A DNA stretch of 64,000 nucleotides from an uncultured Candidatus Rokubacteria bacterium (GTDB taxonomy: Bacteria > Methylomirabilota > Methylomirabilia > Rokubacteriales > CSP1-6). A model generated the notes under the pieces. It was not told the origin of the DNA. It did not search any database and was given only the letters and a program-made list of their open reading frames with translations. Within the stretch, counting starts at the first letter, position 1; every line of letters begins with the position of its first letter. Of this stretch, positions 1 to 8,530 are shown piece after piece. The position numbers and the translations under genes are program-made. The stretch spans positions 32,529-96,528 of the forward strand of contig CAVYTA010000003.1 of assembly GCA_963771355.1 (NCBI GenBank). Reading direction: 5' to 3'.

Positions 1-1299
1 CACCGCCACCACCTGGCGCCCCGGCTCGGCCACCGCCGCGCCGATGGCCGCGGGCACGGCATAGCCCAGCGTGGCGGAGCCCACCGGATAGAGGAAGGTC
101 CGCGGTGCCAGCACCGGGTAGTGCCACTCCATCCAGTAGTTCAGCCCGGTCTGGTCGTTCACCACGATGGCATCCGGCGCCAGCCCATCGCGCAGGATGC
201 GGATGAGGCGGTCGTCCGTCTCCGTCCAGCGCGTCCCGCGCGCGTCGCGCGCGTGCGCCAGCGCCACCCAGTCCCACTGGGAGACCGCCGCCTCCTTGCC
301 GAGCGCGCCGAGAAGGCGCCCCAGCCCGTCCCGCGCGTCGCCGACGATGCCGATGGCGGCCGCGTGCTGGCGGCCGATCTCCTCGGGGTCCAGGTCGAGG
401 TGAATCAGCGCCTGCTCGGGGCGGAAGCTCAGATTGAGCAGGAGGCCTTTCGTGGACCGGTGCGCGAAGCGGCAGCCCACCGCGAGGACCACGTCGGCCG
501 CCTCCAGAGCCGCCTGACTGGCGAGGCGATTGGGCAGCACGCCCAGCCACAGCGGATCCGTCTCCGGCAGCGTCCCACGGCCCATGACCGTGGTGAGGAT
601 GGGCGCGTGGAGCCGGCGCGCCAGCGTGCGGACGTCATCGCCCGCGCCCGCCGCGATCACGCCGCCGCCCGCGATGAGAAGGGGCCGCCGCGCGCCGCGG
701 AGGAGCTCGGCCGCGCGCGCGACCAGCACTGGATCGCAGCCCGGGCGGGCGCCGCGCGGCGGGTGGAGCGCGCCCGCAGTGGGCGCCATGAGGAGATCGG
801 TGGGGATGGACAGCGCCACCGGACCCGGCCGCGCGCTGCGGAAGAGCTCGAACGCGCGCTGGACGGCCGGGGCGATGGCGGCCCCCTCGCGCACGGTCTC
901 AGCCCAGCGCGTGACGGGGCGGAAGCAGTCGATCTGGTTCGACACCTCATGGAGCGCGCCCAGGTGCCGGCCGATGAGGGCCGCCGGGATATCGGACATG
1001 ACGGCGAGCACCGGCACCGAGGTCGCGAAGGACTCCACCAGCGGCGTGAGCGCGTTGGTCGCGCCGGGGCCGGTGGTGACGGCCAGCACCCCGGGCCGGC
1101 CGGAGGCGCGCGCATAGCCATCGGCCATGAAGGCCGCGCCTTGCTCGTGACGGGCGAGGATGTGGGTGATCGCGGACTGCCGGATGAGGGCGTCGTAGAT
1201 CGCGAGATTGTGGACGCCGGGGATGCCGAAGACGTGGCGCACGCCTTCGGCCGCGAGCGCGTCTACCACCCACTGGCCGCCGGTGCGGAGGTCAGTCAC
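1..1299 (-). CDS. Thiamine pyrophosphate-binding protein (acetolactate synthase-like); 3' end runs off the window
   Basis: Translating from GTG at 1299 gives MTDLRTGGQWVVDALAAEGVRHVFGIPGVHNLAIYDAL...RHEQGAAFMADGYAR...TTGPGATN, the classic ThDP-enzyme N-terminus. The frame stays open to the window edge. Confidence 0.9.
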   Translation of the reverse strand, partial: MTDLRTGGQWVVDALAAEGVRHVFGIPGVHNLAIYDALIRQSAITHILARHEQGAAFMADGYARASGRPGVLAVTTGPGATNALTPLVESFATSVPVLAVMSDIPAALIGRHLGALHEVSNQIDCFRPVTRWAETVREGAAIAPAVQRAFELFRSARPGPVALSIPTDLLMAPTAGALHPPRGARPGCDPVLVARAAELLRGARRPLLIAGGGVIAAGAGDDVRTLARRLHAPILTTVMGRGTLPETDPLWLGVLPNRLASQAALEAADVVLAVGCRFAHRSTKGLLLNLSFRPEQALIHLDLDPEEIGRQHAAAIGIVGDARDGLGRLLGALGKEAAVSQWDWVALAHARDARGTRWTETDDRLIRILRDGLAPDAIVVNDQTGLNYWMEWHYPVLAPRTFLYPVGSATLGYAVPAAIGAAVAEPGRQVVAV

Positions 1300-1306
1300 C
1301 GGAGGT

Positions 1307-1381
1307 TGGCTCCCCGAGTAGGACTCGAACCTACAACCCTCCGGTTAACAGCCGGATGCTCTACCATTGAGCTATCGGGGA
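1307..1381 (-). tRNA. tRNA-Asn(GTT)
   Basis: Reverse complement TCCCCGATAGCTCAATGGTAGAGCATCCGGCT-GTT-AACCGGAGGGTTGTAGGTTCGAGTCCTACTCGGGGAGCCA; cloverleaf with CCA end. Confidence 0.97.
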
Positions 1382-1464
1382 GTGACCACCGCCGGATTGA
1401 ACCGGGACCTTTGATATATCATATGCTTGCGCTCCGGCCAAGCCGCGCGCGCTAGCGTGTCCGT

Positions 1465-1692
1465 CTAGAGTGACCGCCCGCCGTCCGGATCTTCGCCGGC
1501 CACCGCGGCCTGCAGCCGCATCCGCTCTTCCCACGCCGACTGCGCGGGCTGCTCGTCGAGGCCCAGCCGGGCCCGCGCCGCGGTATGGAGCCGGTAGTGA
1601 TCCCACGCGTTCAGCAGCTCGATGGCGAGCCAGGAGCCCACCGCCAGCAGCCCTGCCCAGAAGAACACGCTCTGAATGACCTGGGTGTACAT
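1465..1692 (-). CDS. Small hypothetical membrane protein (75 aa, one TM helix)
   Basis: Starts 8 bp after the recR stop in the same orientation; hydrophobic N-terminus VFFWAGLLAVGSWLAI. Confidence 0.55.
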   Translation of the reverse strand: MYTQVIQSVFFWAGLLAVGSWLAIELLNAWDHYRLHTAARARLGLDEQPAQSAWEERMRLQAAVAGEDPDGGRSL

Positions 1693-1700
1693 GACTCGGG

Positions 1701-2303
1701 CTACCCCATTTCCTTCCGGCCCTCGAGGGCCTTGCTCAGCGTCACCTCGTCGGCGTACTCGAGATCGCCGCCCACCGGCAGACCGCGCGCGATGCGCGTG
1801 ACGCGCAGCCCCAGCGGCTTGAGGAGCTTGGCGAGATAGATGGCGGTGGCCTCGCCCTCCACGCTCGGGTTGGTGGCGAGGATCACCTCGTCCACCGCCT
1901 CGCCGTCGAGCCGGTGGAGCAGCTCGCGCACCCGGATGTCCTCCGGCCCGACCCCGTCGAGCGGCGACAGCGCCCCCATCAGCACGTGGTAGCGGCCCTT
2001 GAACTCGCCGGTGCGCTCCACCGCGAGCAAGTCGTTCGGCTCCTCCACCACGCAGAGGCTCCGGGCGTCACGCGCGGGATCGCCGCAGATGCGGCAGGGG
2101 TCCTCCTCCGTCACGTTGAAGCATCGCGAGCAGTGCACGATGCGGGTCTTGAGCGCGGTGAGCGCGGCGGAGAGCTCGCCCACCTCGTCGGCCGGCCGCT
2201 TGAGCAGAAAGAAGGTCATCCGCTGGGCGCTCTTCGGCCCGACGCCGGGGAGCTTCTGCAGCGCCTCGATGAGGCGGGCCACCGGCTCGGGAAAGTACGC
2301 CAT
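1701..2303 (-). CDS. recR: Recombination mediator RecR
   Basis: LPGVGPKSAQR HhH, CxxC...CxxC zinc finger, Toprim VVE...ILATNPSVEGEATA, RIARGLPVGGDLEYAD. Confidence 0.98.
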   Translation of the reverse strand: MAYFPEPVARLIEALQKLPGVGPKSAQRMTFFLLKRPADEVGELSAALTALKTRIVHCSRCFNVTEEDPCRICGDPARDARSLCVVEEPNDLLAVERTGEFKGRYHVLMGALSPLDGVGPEDIRVRELLHRLDGEAVDEVILATNPSVEGEATAIYLAKLLKPLGLRVTRIARGLPVGGDLEYADEVTLSKALEGRKEMG

Positions 2304-2617
2304 CACATCCCGAGGCCGGGGATCTTGAGCCCGCCGGTGAGCTTGCCCAGCTCGGCCTGCATCATGTCCCGCGACTTGCGCAGGGCCTCGTTGCAGGCGG
2401 CGAGGACGAGATCCTCGAGCATCTGGCCGTCCTCGGGATTGATGACTTCCCGATCGATCTTGATGGACACGATCTCCTGCTTGCCGTTGGCGACGACGGT
2501 GACCATGCCCCCGCCGGCGGTGGCGTCGACCAGCTTCTTGGCCGCCTCCGCCTGCATCGCCTCCATCTGCGCCTGCAGCTTCTGCGCTTCCTTCATGATA
2601 TTGCCGAAGCCTTTCAC
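2303..2617 (-). CDS. ybaB: YbaB/EbfC family nucleoid-associated protein
   Basis: MKEAQKLQAQM...AGGGMVTVVANG...MLEDLVLAACNEA; dnaX-ybaB-recR synteny. Confidence 0.95.
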   Translation of the reverse strand: MKGFGNIMKEAQKLQAQMEAMQAEAAKKLVDATAGGGMVTVVANGKQEIVSIKIDREVINPEDGQMLEDLVLAACNEALRKSRDMMQAELGKLTGGLKIPGLGM

Positions 2618-4377
2618 TGACCGTCTCCTTCCTGGGGCGTGGGCTCGTCGGGGATCCGCGGCCGTACCGCCACCACCTCGCCGCCGAATGCGGCCAGCGC
2701 GGCCCGCACCGCGGGATGCGCGAGGGCGCCCGCGCCGGGCGTCGCCTCCGCGCTCAGTTCCATGCGCCGCGCGCCGGCGACGTGCTGCTCGATGGCCTGA
2801 TTGATGAGGTCGCGATTGGCGCGGTCGGCGAGCATCTCCTTGTGAAACGCGCTGGCCACCATGCTCACGGCCAGCGCGCCGTCGCGCACGGCGACGGGCG
2901 TGGCGTGCTGGAGCACCGAGCCCAGCAGCGCCTTGCGGGCCAGCACGGCGGCCACCACGCGTTGCCAGGCCTCGCCCAGCTCGCCGCCGGGGCCGGCCGG
3001 CGCGGCGGGCGCGGGGGCCTGCCCTCGTCCCCGCTCGGCGGCGAGCTCACGCGGCGGCGGCTCGTCGCTCTCCTGGCTGCGGGGAGGCGCGCCGGCGCCG
3101 ACTGGCGGCGCGGCCGGGCGCGAAGGCGCGGCGGCGGGCGCGCCACCGCCCGCACCCGGGGACCGCGGGTCGGCGCCGAGGAGGCTGCCCTGCGCGGACG
3201 CGGGGCGCGCGGGGACCACGCCGGTTCCGCCGGCGCGCAGCCGCCGCTCGGCTTCCTCCACTCTGTTGATCAACGCGTCCAGGGCCTGGAGCTGGGGTCG
3301 GCGTGCGGCGCGCACGGCGCCCACTTCCAGCTCCACCCGCGGATAGGGGGAGCGGCGCATCTCCGCCTGGCTCTCCAGCAGCACGCGAAGGAGATAGACG
3401 AGATCGTCCACGGAGGCGGGCTCGGCGACGGCGGCCAGCTCCTGCGCCTCCGCGGGCGTGAGCTCGGCGGGCGGGTTGGCCGGCGCCACCTTCACCACGA
3501 GGAGCCGGCGCAGCATCTCCACCACATCGCGGCAATAGCCCTCGAGGTCTTCCCCCTGGCGCGCGGCGCGATCGATGGCTTCCAGCGCCGCCGCGCTGTC
3601 GCGCCCGAGCAGCGCGGCCGCGAGGGCCCGCACCTGGACCGGCGAGGAGGCGCCCAGGAGCCGGGCCACGCTGCCCTCCTCGAGCCGGCCCTCGCCATAG
3701 GCGATGGCGGCGTCCAGCAGCGAGAGCGCGTCCCGCAGGCTGCCCTCCGCGGCCCGCACGAGGAGCGGCAGGGCGGCCGCGTCGAAGGTCACGCCCTCCT
3801 GGGTGAGGATGTCGGTGAGCTGGCGCGTGAGGAGATCCGCCGGGATGGGGCGGAAGTCGAAGCGCTGGCAGCGCGAGAGCACGGTGGCGGGGATCTTCTT
3901 CGGGTCCGTGGTGGCCAGGATGAAGACCACGTGCGGCGGCGGCTCCTCCAGCGTCTTGAGGAAGGCATTGAAGGCCGGGCCCGAGAGCATGTGGACCTCG
4001 TCCACGATGTAGACCTTGAAGCGGCCGCGCGCGGGAGAATACTTCACGTTCTCCCGCAGCGTCCGGATCTCCTCCACGCCGTTGTTGCTGGCGGCGTCGA
4101 TCTCGAGCACGTCCACCGGCGCCCCCGAGACGAAGTCGAGGCAGGAGGGGCACTTGCCGCAGGCCTCGGGCTCGGTGGTGCGCGCGGTGCAGGCCAGCGC
4201 CTTGGCGAGCAGCCGCGCGGTGGTGGTCTTGCCGACGCCCCGCGGGCCGGTGAAGAGATAGGCGTGGGCGACGCGCCCGCTCGCCAGCGCATTGCGCAGC
4301 GTGCGGGTGACCGCCTCCTGACCGACCACGGCGTCGAAGACCTGCGGCCGCCACTTCCGGGCGAGGACCTGGTACAT
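2614..4377 (-). CDS. dnaX: DNA polymerase III subunit gamma/tau
   Basis: MYQVLARKWRPQ, Walker A GPRGVGKTT, zinc Cys cluster, DEVHML, SRC motif. Start placed at ATG 4377 rather than the ORF-track 4455, which lies in the SRP RNA. Confidence 0.97.
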   Translation of the reverse strand: MYQVLARKWRPQVFDAVVGQEAVTRTLRNALASGRVAHAYLFTGPRGVGKTTTARLLAKALACTARTTEPEACGKCPSCLDFVSGAPVDVLEIDAASNNGVEEIRTLRENVKYSPARGRFKVYIVDEVHMLSGPAFNAFLKTLEEPPPHVVFILATTDPKKIPATVLSRCQRFDFRPIPADLLTRQLTDILTQEGVTFDAAALPLLVRAAEGSLRDALSLLDAAIAYGEGRLEEGSVARLLGASSPVQVRALAAALLGRDSAAALEAIDRAARQGEDLEGYCRDVVEMLRRLLVVKVAPANPPAELTPAEAQELAAVAEPASVDDLVYLLRVLLESQAEMRRSPYPRVELEVGAVRAARRPQLQALDALINRVEEAERRLRAGGTGVVPARPASAQGSLLGADPRSPGAGGGAPAAAPSRPAAPPVGAGAPPRSQESDEPPPRELAAERGRGQAPAPAAPAGPGGELGEAWQRVVAAVLARKALLGSVLQHATPVAVRDGALAVSMVASAFHKEMLADRANRDLINQAIEQHVAGARRMELSAEATPGAGALAHPAVRAALAAFGGEVVAVRPRIPDEPTPQEGDGQ

Positions 4378-4382
4378 CAAAA

Positions 4383-4651
4383 GACCGTGCACCCCCCATC
4401 GAAACGTCCGTACCGCGATCTCCGGATGGAACCTGCTCCGGCCAGGTACTCCCACGGCACTCGGGAGGGATGCCTTACCGTTGCTCCCTTCCGGGCCTGG
4501 CGGGGTTCGGCAGTTCCCGTCGCGTGGGGCCCAGCCCTCAACGCCGCCCCATCCGGCTCATTCGACACGAGCGCCCCTCAAGGGGGAATTCAACCCCGCT
4601 ATAGCGGATTGCGGGTTACAGGGCACCGCTACCTCCCCGTCTAGCACGGCC
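4383..4651 (-). ncRNA. ffs: Signal recognition particle RNA, large (Alu-domain) bacterial type
   Basis: The minus strand begins GCCGTGCTAGACGGGGAGGTAGCGGTGCCCTGTAACCCGCAATCCGCTATAGCGGGGTTGAATT, contains the helix-8 core CCAGGCCCGGAAGGGAGCAAC and ends GGTGCACGGTC, which pairs with the 5' end. About 270 nt, directly upstream of dnaX. Confidence 0.9.
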
Positions 4652-4662
4652 AAGTCGAAAAA

Positions 4663-4752
4663 TGGCGGAGGGGGTGGGATTCGAACCCACGGTACAGTTG
4701 CCCGTACACGGCATTTCCAGTGCCGCACCTTCGGCCACTCGGCCACCCCTCC
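4663..4752 (-). tRNA. tRNA-Ser(GGA)
   Basis: Anticodon arm CGGCA-CTGGAAA-TGCCG, long variable arm, GTTCGAATC, CCA end. Confidence 0.96.
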
Positions 4753-4795
4753 ACGCGATTCCGGCCACCACGACGCGACTCTGGTCAGACGAAAA

Positions 4796-4887
4796 TGGCG
4801 GAGGGGAGAGGATTTGAACCCCCGAGGGACTTACGCCCCTATCCGATTTCGAGTCGGACGCCTTCAACCGGGCTCGGCCACCCCTCC
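4796..4887 (-). tRNA. tRNA-Ser(CGA)
   Basis: Anticodon arm TCCGA-CTCGAAA-TCGGA, long variable arm, GTTCAAATC, CCA end. Confidence 0.96.
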
Positions 4888-4973
4888 GCGAGCTTTTGCG
4901 TAAGCGCGCGACGACTGAGGGCCAAGTATACCCGCTCGGCTGTTCGGCGTGCCGCCCTTCGTTGGGGCGGCGG

Positions 4974-5426
4974 TCAGGGCTGCTTGCGAATCGCGGCGGC
5001 GGGGTCGAATGAAGGGGTACCGACCCAGCCCGTCTCCGACACATCGACGGTGACCCCGTCCGGGCCCGTGTACTTCACCTCGACGTTCGCGAAGCGCCCG
5101 GCCCCACCCACACCGAGGGCCTCGTTGATGTCGTCGCGCCGCTCGGAGCCGACGGCGGTGAGCTTCTCGGCGATGCTCTCGAGGCTCTCCACCTGGAAGC
5201 CAAAGTGATGGATGCCGGTCCAGTCCTTGCCGCGCTCCACCCCCGCTACCACGTCGTTCTTGAACTTGAGGATGGCCAGGTTGAGATCGCCATCGGTGAG
5301 GAAGAACCCGCTGAGGTTCGGATTGTCGAGCCGGCCGATCTCCTTCATCCCGAACACGTCCACGTAGAACTTGGCGGTGGCCTCGGGATTCGCGGTGGAC
5401 AGCGCGATGTGCTTGATCTTTGCCAT
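4974..5426 (-). CDS. VOC (glyoxalase-like) family protein
   Basis: MAKIKHIALST...FYVDVFGM...GIHHFGFQV...GPDGVTVDVSE; start placed at ATG 5426. Confidence 0.88.
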   Translation of the reverse strand: MAKIKHIALSTANPEATAKFYVDVFGMKEIGRLDNPNLSGFFLTDGDLNLAILKFKNDVVAGVERGKDWTGIHHFGFQVESLESIAEKLTAVGSERRDDINEALGVGGAGRFANVEVKYTGPDGVTVDVSETGWVGTPSFDPAAAIRKQP

Positions 5427-5449
5427 GGCGGGCTCTCTCCCCTGGGGCG

Positions 5450-5908
5450 CTATTGCCGCTTGGTCTGGAAGAACTCGCGGAGGAGCGCGGCGCTCTCCTC
5501 GCCGCGCACGTCCCCGCGCACCGCTGCCTGGTGATTCAACCGCGCGTCCTCGAGGAGGCGGTACAGCGTGCGCGCCGCACCCGCCTTCGGATCGGGCGCC
5601 CCGTAAACCACACGCGTGACCCGCGCCAGCACCGCGGCGCCGCAGCACATGGCACAGGGCTCAACGGTGACGTACAGGGCCGCAGCGCCAAGCCGGTAGT
5701 TCCCCATCACCTGCGCGGCCGCCCGGAGCGCCAGCACCTCCGCGTGCGCCGTGGGATCCTTCAGGCCGATGGGCTGGTTGTGACCGCGGCCGATCACCCG
5801 GCCGTCGAGCACCACCACCGCGCCGACCGGCACCTCGCCCGCGGCCAGCGCGGTCCGGGCCTCGTCCAGCGCCAGCCCCATGTACCGCTCGTCGTCGGGC
5901 TCGCCCAT
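5450..5908 (-). CDS. tadA: tRNA adenosine(34) deaminase
   Basis: EVPVGAV, DPTAHAE, LYVTVEPCAMC, PKAGA, LNH motifs. Confidence 0.96.
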   Translation of the reverse strand: MGEPDDERYMGLALDEARTALAAGEVPVGAVVVLDGRVIGRGHNQPIGLKDPTAHAEVLALRAAAQVMGNYRLGAAALYVTVEPCAMCCGAAVLARVTRVVYGAPDPKAGAARTLYRLLEDARLNHQAAVRGDVRGEESAALLREFFQTKRQ

Positions 5909-5940
5909 CTCCTGCTTTCGCCCGCCCTCCTGCCCTCGAA

Positions 5941-5987
5941 TGGTGCGCCCTAGAGGAGTCGACCCTCTGGTCTTCGGATTCGTAGTC
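5941..5987 (-). repeat. Displaced 3' fragment of tRNA-Arg(ACG) (att site)
   Basis: 45 of 47 bp identical to 21765-21811 in the same orientation, from the CCA end through the anticodon loop. Confidence 0.92.
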
Positions 5988-6161
5988 TGGAACAGGCGCG
6001 ACAGACCCCAACGCTAGCCCATAAGTGCCCGATGCGGCAAGCACTCGTCTTCAACTGGCTCGACGCCACCTTCGCAGCGCCGCGGTCACAAAAGGACACC
6101 ATTACGGCGTGTCGAGCTCGTGCCGCGCGCCCCGGACCAGCGTCTTCAGGCGAACAGTCGG

Positions 6162-6836
6162 TCACGCCGCGGTCCCGCGCTTCCGGCGGCGACCCGCCCG
6201 GCGCTTGCCGGCGTCTCGCCAGCCACGGGGTGGCTCCACGACGGCCGGATCCGACATCGAGACGCGAACGCCGGGCTTGTTCACCACCTGGACGGTGCTG
6301 GCTTGCGGGCCTTCCTCGCCTTCCTCCTCCTCGAAGCGCACTTCGGTGCCGACAGCGAGCCGCTCGAAGTCCTCGTGCAGGACGCTGTTACGGTGGAAGT
6401 ACAGCTCGCGGCCATCCGGTGTCATCAGGAACCCATAGCCCTCGTTTCCCGCCGGGCCCGGGTACAGGCGCACGACCAGCGCCCGCGGCTCCTGCGGTCT
6501 CTTCGTCTCACCCCGCCGGCGGTCGCTCCTGGACTGCAGCTGGCGGCGGGCCGCGCGGAAGGCGCCGAGGACGATCGTCTGCAGGCTCTCGTGCATGTCG
6601 CTATCGCCCGGCTCGCGCGTGACCACGATCGGCTCCTGCAATCCGGCGCCGATGGTGAGGCGCACCCGGAAGCGGTTGCCGTCTCGCTGGTGTCGCTGCG
6701 GCTGCTCGATGGTCATGCGGCACGACACGAGCTTCCGCCCGTAGCGCTCCAGCTTGGCGGCCTCGCGCTGTACGACCGATTCGATATCTGGATCCGGCGA
6801 CGCATTGCGAAACGTGATATTGACCTGGGTTTCCAT
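6162..6836 (-). CDS. HPF/RaiA-family ribosome-associated protein fused to a C-terminal cold-shock domain
   Basis: METQVNITFRN...KLERY...CRMTIE...FRVRLTI...ARRQL (HPF fold), then YGFLMTPDGRELYFHRNSV...GTEVRF...GPQASTV (CSD). Start placed at ATG 6836. Confidence 0.88.
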   Translation of the reverse strand: METQVNITFRNASPDPDIESVVQREAAKLERYGRKLVSCRMTIEQPQRHQRDGNRFRVRLTIGAGLQEPIVVTREPGDSDMHESLQTIVLGAFRAARRQLQSRSDRRRGETKRPQEPRALVVRLYPGPAGNEGYGFLMTPDGRELYFHRNSVLHEDFERLAVGTEVRFEEEEGEEGPQASTVQVVNKPGVRVSMSDPAVVEPPRGWRDAGKRRAGRRRKRGTAA

Positions 6837-7040
6837 GTCCCATTTTCCAGCATCATCCATGCCATGCGCCGAGAGCGCGATGTTCCGCGTAAACCGCAAC
6901 CAGGCAGTCGTTACCCACTCCGGATTCGCGGCCTGCTGCCTTTGGCCGCTATGTCGCTCACTTTCATTCCGATCTGTCGTGGTACACGCCTTGCTGGCTA
7001 CGTGGTATCCGCGGATGCTAGCTGCACAAGGAGGACAACG

Positions 7041-7298
7041 ATGGCTAGAGCGGTGAAGCGGCAGCAGGCCACCCATGCAACCGGCATTTCGAACCATCCA
7101 CTCGACGAAGAGATCCGTCGACAGGAGAAGGTCCCGGCGCGCGGCCGCCGGAAGTCCCCGGGAGGCACCGATCGCCCCACCGAGCCAGCACCCGCTCGCC
7201 GTCGCGGCCGCGATGAAGGCCCGGATCAGGAGGTTCCGGTGACGCCGGGCACGAAAACCTCGGCGCGGAAGCACAATCGCAGATTGAGGTCACGTTGA
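7041..7298 (+). CDS. Small basic hypothetical protein (85 aa)
   Basis: Strong SD AAGGAGG just upstream of the ATG; MARAVKRQQATHATGISNHPLDEEIRRQEKVPARG..., R/K-rich. Confidence 0.65.
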   Translation: MARAVKRQQATHATGISNHPLDEEIRRQEKVPARGRRKSPGGTDRPTEPAPARRRGRDEGPDQEVPVTPGTKTSARKHNRRLRSR

Positions 7299-7439
7299 AC
7301 CCTGCTGTCGCGATCGGATAGAGGTCGGCGGGCGGATCAGACTTCGTCGGGCTCGTCGACGCGGACGCGCGACTCGGCATTGCTGCTCAGCTCATGCTCC
7401 AGACGCTGCCGGATCTCATTCACGTCCAGCCGTCTCGGG

Positions 7440-7592
7440 TCAGCCGCCGCGCTTGAAGAACTGCACCGCCCGTTCATGCCGCTCGGCGGCCGCGCGCGTC
7501 TTGAACGTTCCCAGGTTGCGGCGGCGTCCGGTGCGCGGATTCTTCTTGCGGGAATAGAGCCGGTATCCTCCTCCAGGAAGCCGGCGGATCAT
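7440..7592 (-). CDS. Small basic protein (50 aa), AP2/arm-type DNA-binding-like
   Basis: MIRRLPGGGYRLYSRKKNPRTGRRRNLGTFKTRAAAERHERAVQFFKRGG; pattern of beta strands followed by GTFxT and a helix. Confidence 0.7.
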   Translation of the reverse strand: MIRRLPGGGYRLYSRKKNPRTGRRRNLGTFKTRAAAERHERAVQFFKRGG

Positions 7593-7908
7593 GCGGGCAG
7601 CCCGGAGAGGAGCTTCTCGAGGGTGATGAACATCGTCGAGAGAGCCAGGATCGTCCTCATGGCGAGGAGGTTCAGCAAGCTCGGTGCCAGGCGGTGGACG
7701 GCCTTCGAGCGTGGAAAACGGGATAAGCTCCTGGGATGACAGCGGCAAGAAAGTACGCCGGTGAGAACCTACCGGGTAAGAACGTAGCGTTAGTCGAGCC
7801 TCACGACTCTGGACTGAACGCCTCGTCCTCGGACAGACCACACCGATCACACCCGGTGATCGGCACTTCGTCCTGCCCGACCGTGAATGGTTGACTCATC
7901 GCTATGCC

Positions 7909-8412
7909 TCAACGGCCCGAGCGAGCGCGTGTCCGCGCCGCCTTTCGTGCCGCCGCAGAGCGACGGCGCGGGCCCTTGGTTCGGACGGCCTTGCCGGCCG
8001 CCACCGAGCGTGCACGAGGGCCACGCCGGCGCGCGGCGGAACGCGCCTGGCGCCCCACCGCCGCTCTCGAGGCGGCCGAGTGTCCTTCGCGCTTCAGCGC
8101 GGTAAGGGCGGCGCGCGACCGCTTCGGCGAAGGCTTCTTCTTTCGTGACCGAGCGCGCTTCAGCGCAAGCTTTGCGTTGCGGCGCGTCTTCGCGGACGCC
8201 TTCCCCTTCCTCGGCGCCCGGAGCTTCACGCCGGCGCTCCGCGCCTTCGAGAGGCCGATCGCGATCGCCTGCTCGGGGGACCGCGCCCCATGCTTGCCCT
8301 CGCGAACGTGATGCATCTCCTCGCGCACGAACTCGCCCGCCTGCGTCGACGGGGCCTTCCCCTCGCGCTTGTCCTTTTCAGCTCGCTCCACTGTGCTCTT
8401 CTCCGGCATCAT
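7909..8412 (-). CDS. DUF6496-like basic putative DNA-binding protein
   Basis: STQAGEFVREEMHHVREGKHGARSPEQAIAIGLSKAR core plus a long K/R/A-rich tail; SD AAAGGAGG. Confidence 0.8.
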   Translation of the reverse strand: MMPEKSTVERAEKDKREGKAPSTQAGEFVREEMHHVREGKHGARSPEQAIAIGLSKARSAGVKLRAPRKGKASAKTRRNAKLALKRARSRKKKPSPKRSRAALTALKREGHSAASRAAVGRQARSAARRRGPRARSVAAGKAVRTKGPRRRSAAARKAARTRARSGR

Positions 8413-8530
8413 GACCTTTTCCTCCTTTGGTCAAGCTGGGACACAACTGTAATGTCCGGAGAGCAACTGTGATGCCAGCAGCTCAGGGGCCCGCCCTTGA
8501 CCGCCGGGGCCGCTTCTGTTCTCGTGCTCC

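Noticed and set aside
2614..4377. Programmed frameshift or slippage site generating the gamma subunit in dnaX
   Set aside because: No A AAA AAG or poly-A tract was found in the linker region.
4481..5044. ORF-track proteins overlapping the SRP RNA and tRNA-Ser genes (also 21819-23105, 23592-23816, 57341-57523, 58202-58408)
   Set aside because: They are translations of structural RNA genes or of antisense strands.
5988..6161. Integrase remnant next to the att fragment
   Set aside because: No tyrosine-recombinase (R..HxxR..Y) or serine-recombinase motif was recognisable in any frame I read.
7589..7680. Short minus-strand frame LLNLLAMRTILALSTMFITLEKLL with an ATGA overlap into the 50-aa ORF, reminiscent of a DUF2182 C-terminus
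   Set aside because: It is too short, has no SD, and the resemblance is from memory only. It may be a gene remnant but cannot be supported without a search.
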